NCBI GenBank assembly: GCA_046350815.1 | Contig: JAXLZO010000001.1 | Location: 180,001-212,000 of the forward strand | Direction of reading: 5' to 3' | Length of the DNA stretch: 32,000 bases | Origin: Candidatus Saccharimonadota bacterium | GTDB taxonomy: Bacteria > Patescibacteriota > Gracilibacteria > BD1-5 > UBA2023 | Part shown: positions 31,385 through 32,000 of the stretch, piece after piece | Position numbering within the stretch: position 1 is the stretch's first letter | Layout of the letters: every line of letters starts with the position of its first letter | Made by a program: the position numbers and the translations under genes | Notes under the pieces: model-generated | The model's database searches: none | Seen by the model: the letters and a program-made list of their open reading frames with translations, nothing else | Told to the model about the DNA's origin: nothing

Positions 31385-32000
31385 CTACCACATTACGACA
31401 AATTCTCACTTTGGCGGATGATTTTGAAAATGTTTTCTCATATCAGCTACACTCATTCGGAGAAATTCTTCGAATTTTTTTGTAAGTTCACGACCAATAA
31501 CTATTGGCGTATCTCCCCCAAAATATTCCTCGATGTCTTCAAGTGTTCGATCAATACGATGTACTGACTCATATATAGCAACGGTATAATCCTTTGTTTT
31601 AAGGCTTGTCAGAAGGGTATGGCGTCACTTTTTAATAGGTATAAATCCGAGAAAACGAAAATCATGCATATGAAGACCGCTCGCACAAAGTGCCGTGATA
31701 ACAGCTGATGGTCCAGGAATTGGTGAAATATCGACTCATGCCTCGATAGCACGACCAAGGAGAGTGTAGAGCGGATCGGATATACCAGGCGTTCCAGCAT
31801 CACTGATAATAGCCAGATGTTCTCCAGCAAGAAGCCTGGATATGATTACTTCAATCTTCGCGGGTGAGGAATGAGCATGAAAAGACACAAGCGGACGTTT
31901 GATGTCGTAATGATTGAGAAGATTGCTCGACGTTCGTGTATCTTCGCAGAGTATAGCATCCGCCTCAGAGAGTATTCGTACTGCTCGATAGGTTATATCT
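31385..32000 (-). CDS. rsmI: 16S rRNA (cytidine-2'-O)-methyltransferase RsmI; the 5' end runs off the right edge
   Basis: The translation reads DITYRAVRILSEADAILCEDTRTSSNLL...ISDAGTPGISDP...PIPGPSAVITALCASGL...FLGFIPIKK-G-R...VAIYESVHRI...IGRELTKKFEE...PPK-G-EFVVMW. TAG is at 31385-31387. Track ORF 31609..31830 is an out-of-frame shadow. Confidence 0.9.

Overview
AT-rich bacterial chromosomal window that only makes sense under translation table 25 (UGA = Gly), the code known from Gracilibacteria (BD1-5) and Absconditabacteria (SR1). The supplied standard-code ORF track breaks almost every gene at TGA. Reading TGA as sense and stopping only at TAA/TAG gives about 26 tightly packed genes. Housekeeping genes are folA (partial), dut, dnaJ, ligA, recF, gatC, alaS and rsmI (partial). 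There is also an unusually heavy load of envelope and exported proteins: an L,D-transpeptidase, several lipoproteins, an FKBP lipoprotein, an Ig/FN3-like surface protein, and a roughly 1,400-aa multi-repeat surface protein split by an IS1595-family element. The stand-out is a compact minus-strand operon (5925-12978) of three giant orphan proteins (690, 955 and 693 aa). They lack signal peptides, look helix-rich, carry Gly/Ala-rich hydrophobic hairpins, and show no catalytic motif I can recognise. This operon sits divergently to a Sec-exported mini tail-fibre protein with a phage-type S74 intramolecular-chaperone domain, followed by a Cys-repeat lipoprotein. Together they are a candidate uncharacterised membrane-insertion or cell-contact apparatus, but that is inference. 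Intergenic regions carry strikingly long perfect palindromic terminators. No rRNA, tRNA or CRISPR array was seen. All coordinates come from manual table-25 translation, and start codons are less certain than stops.
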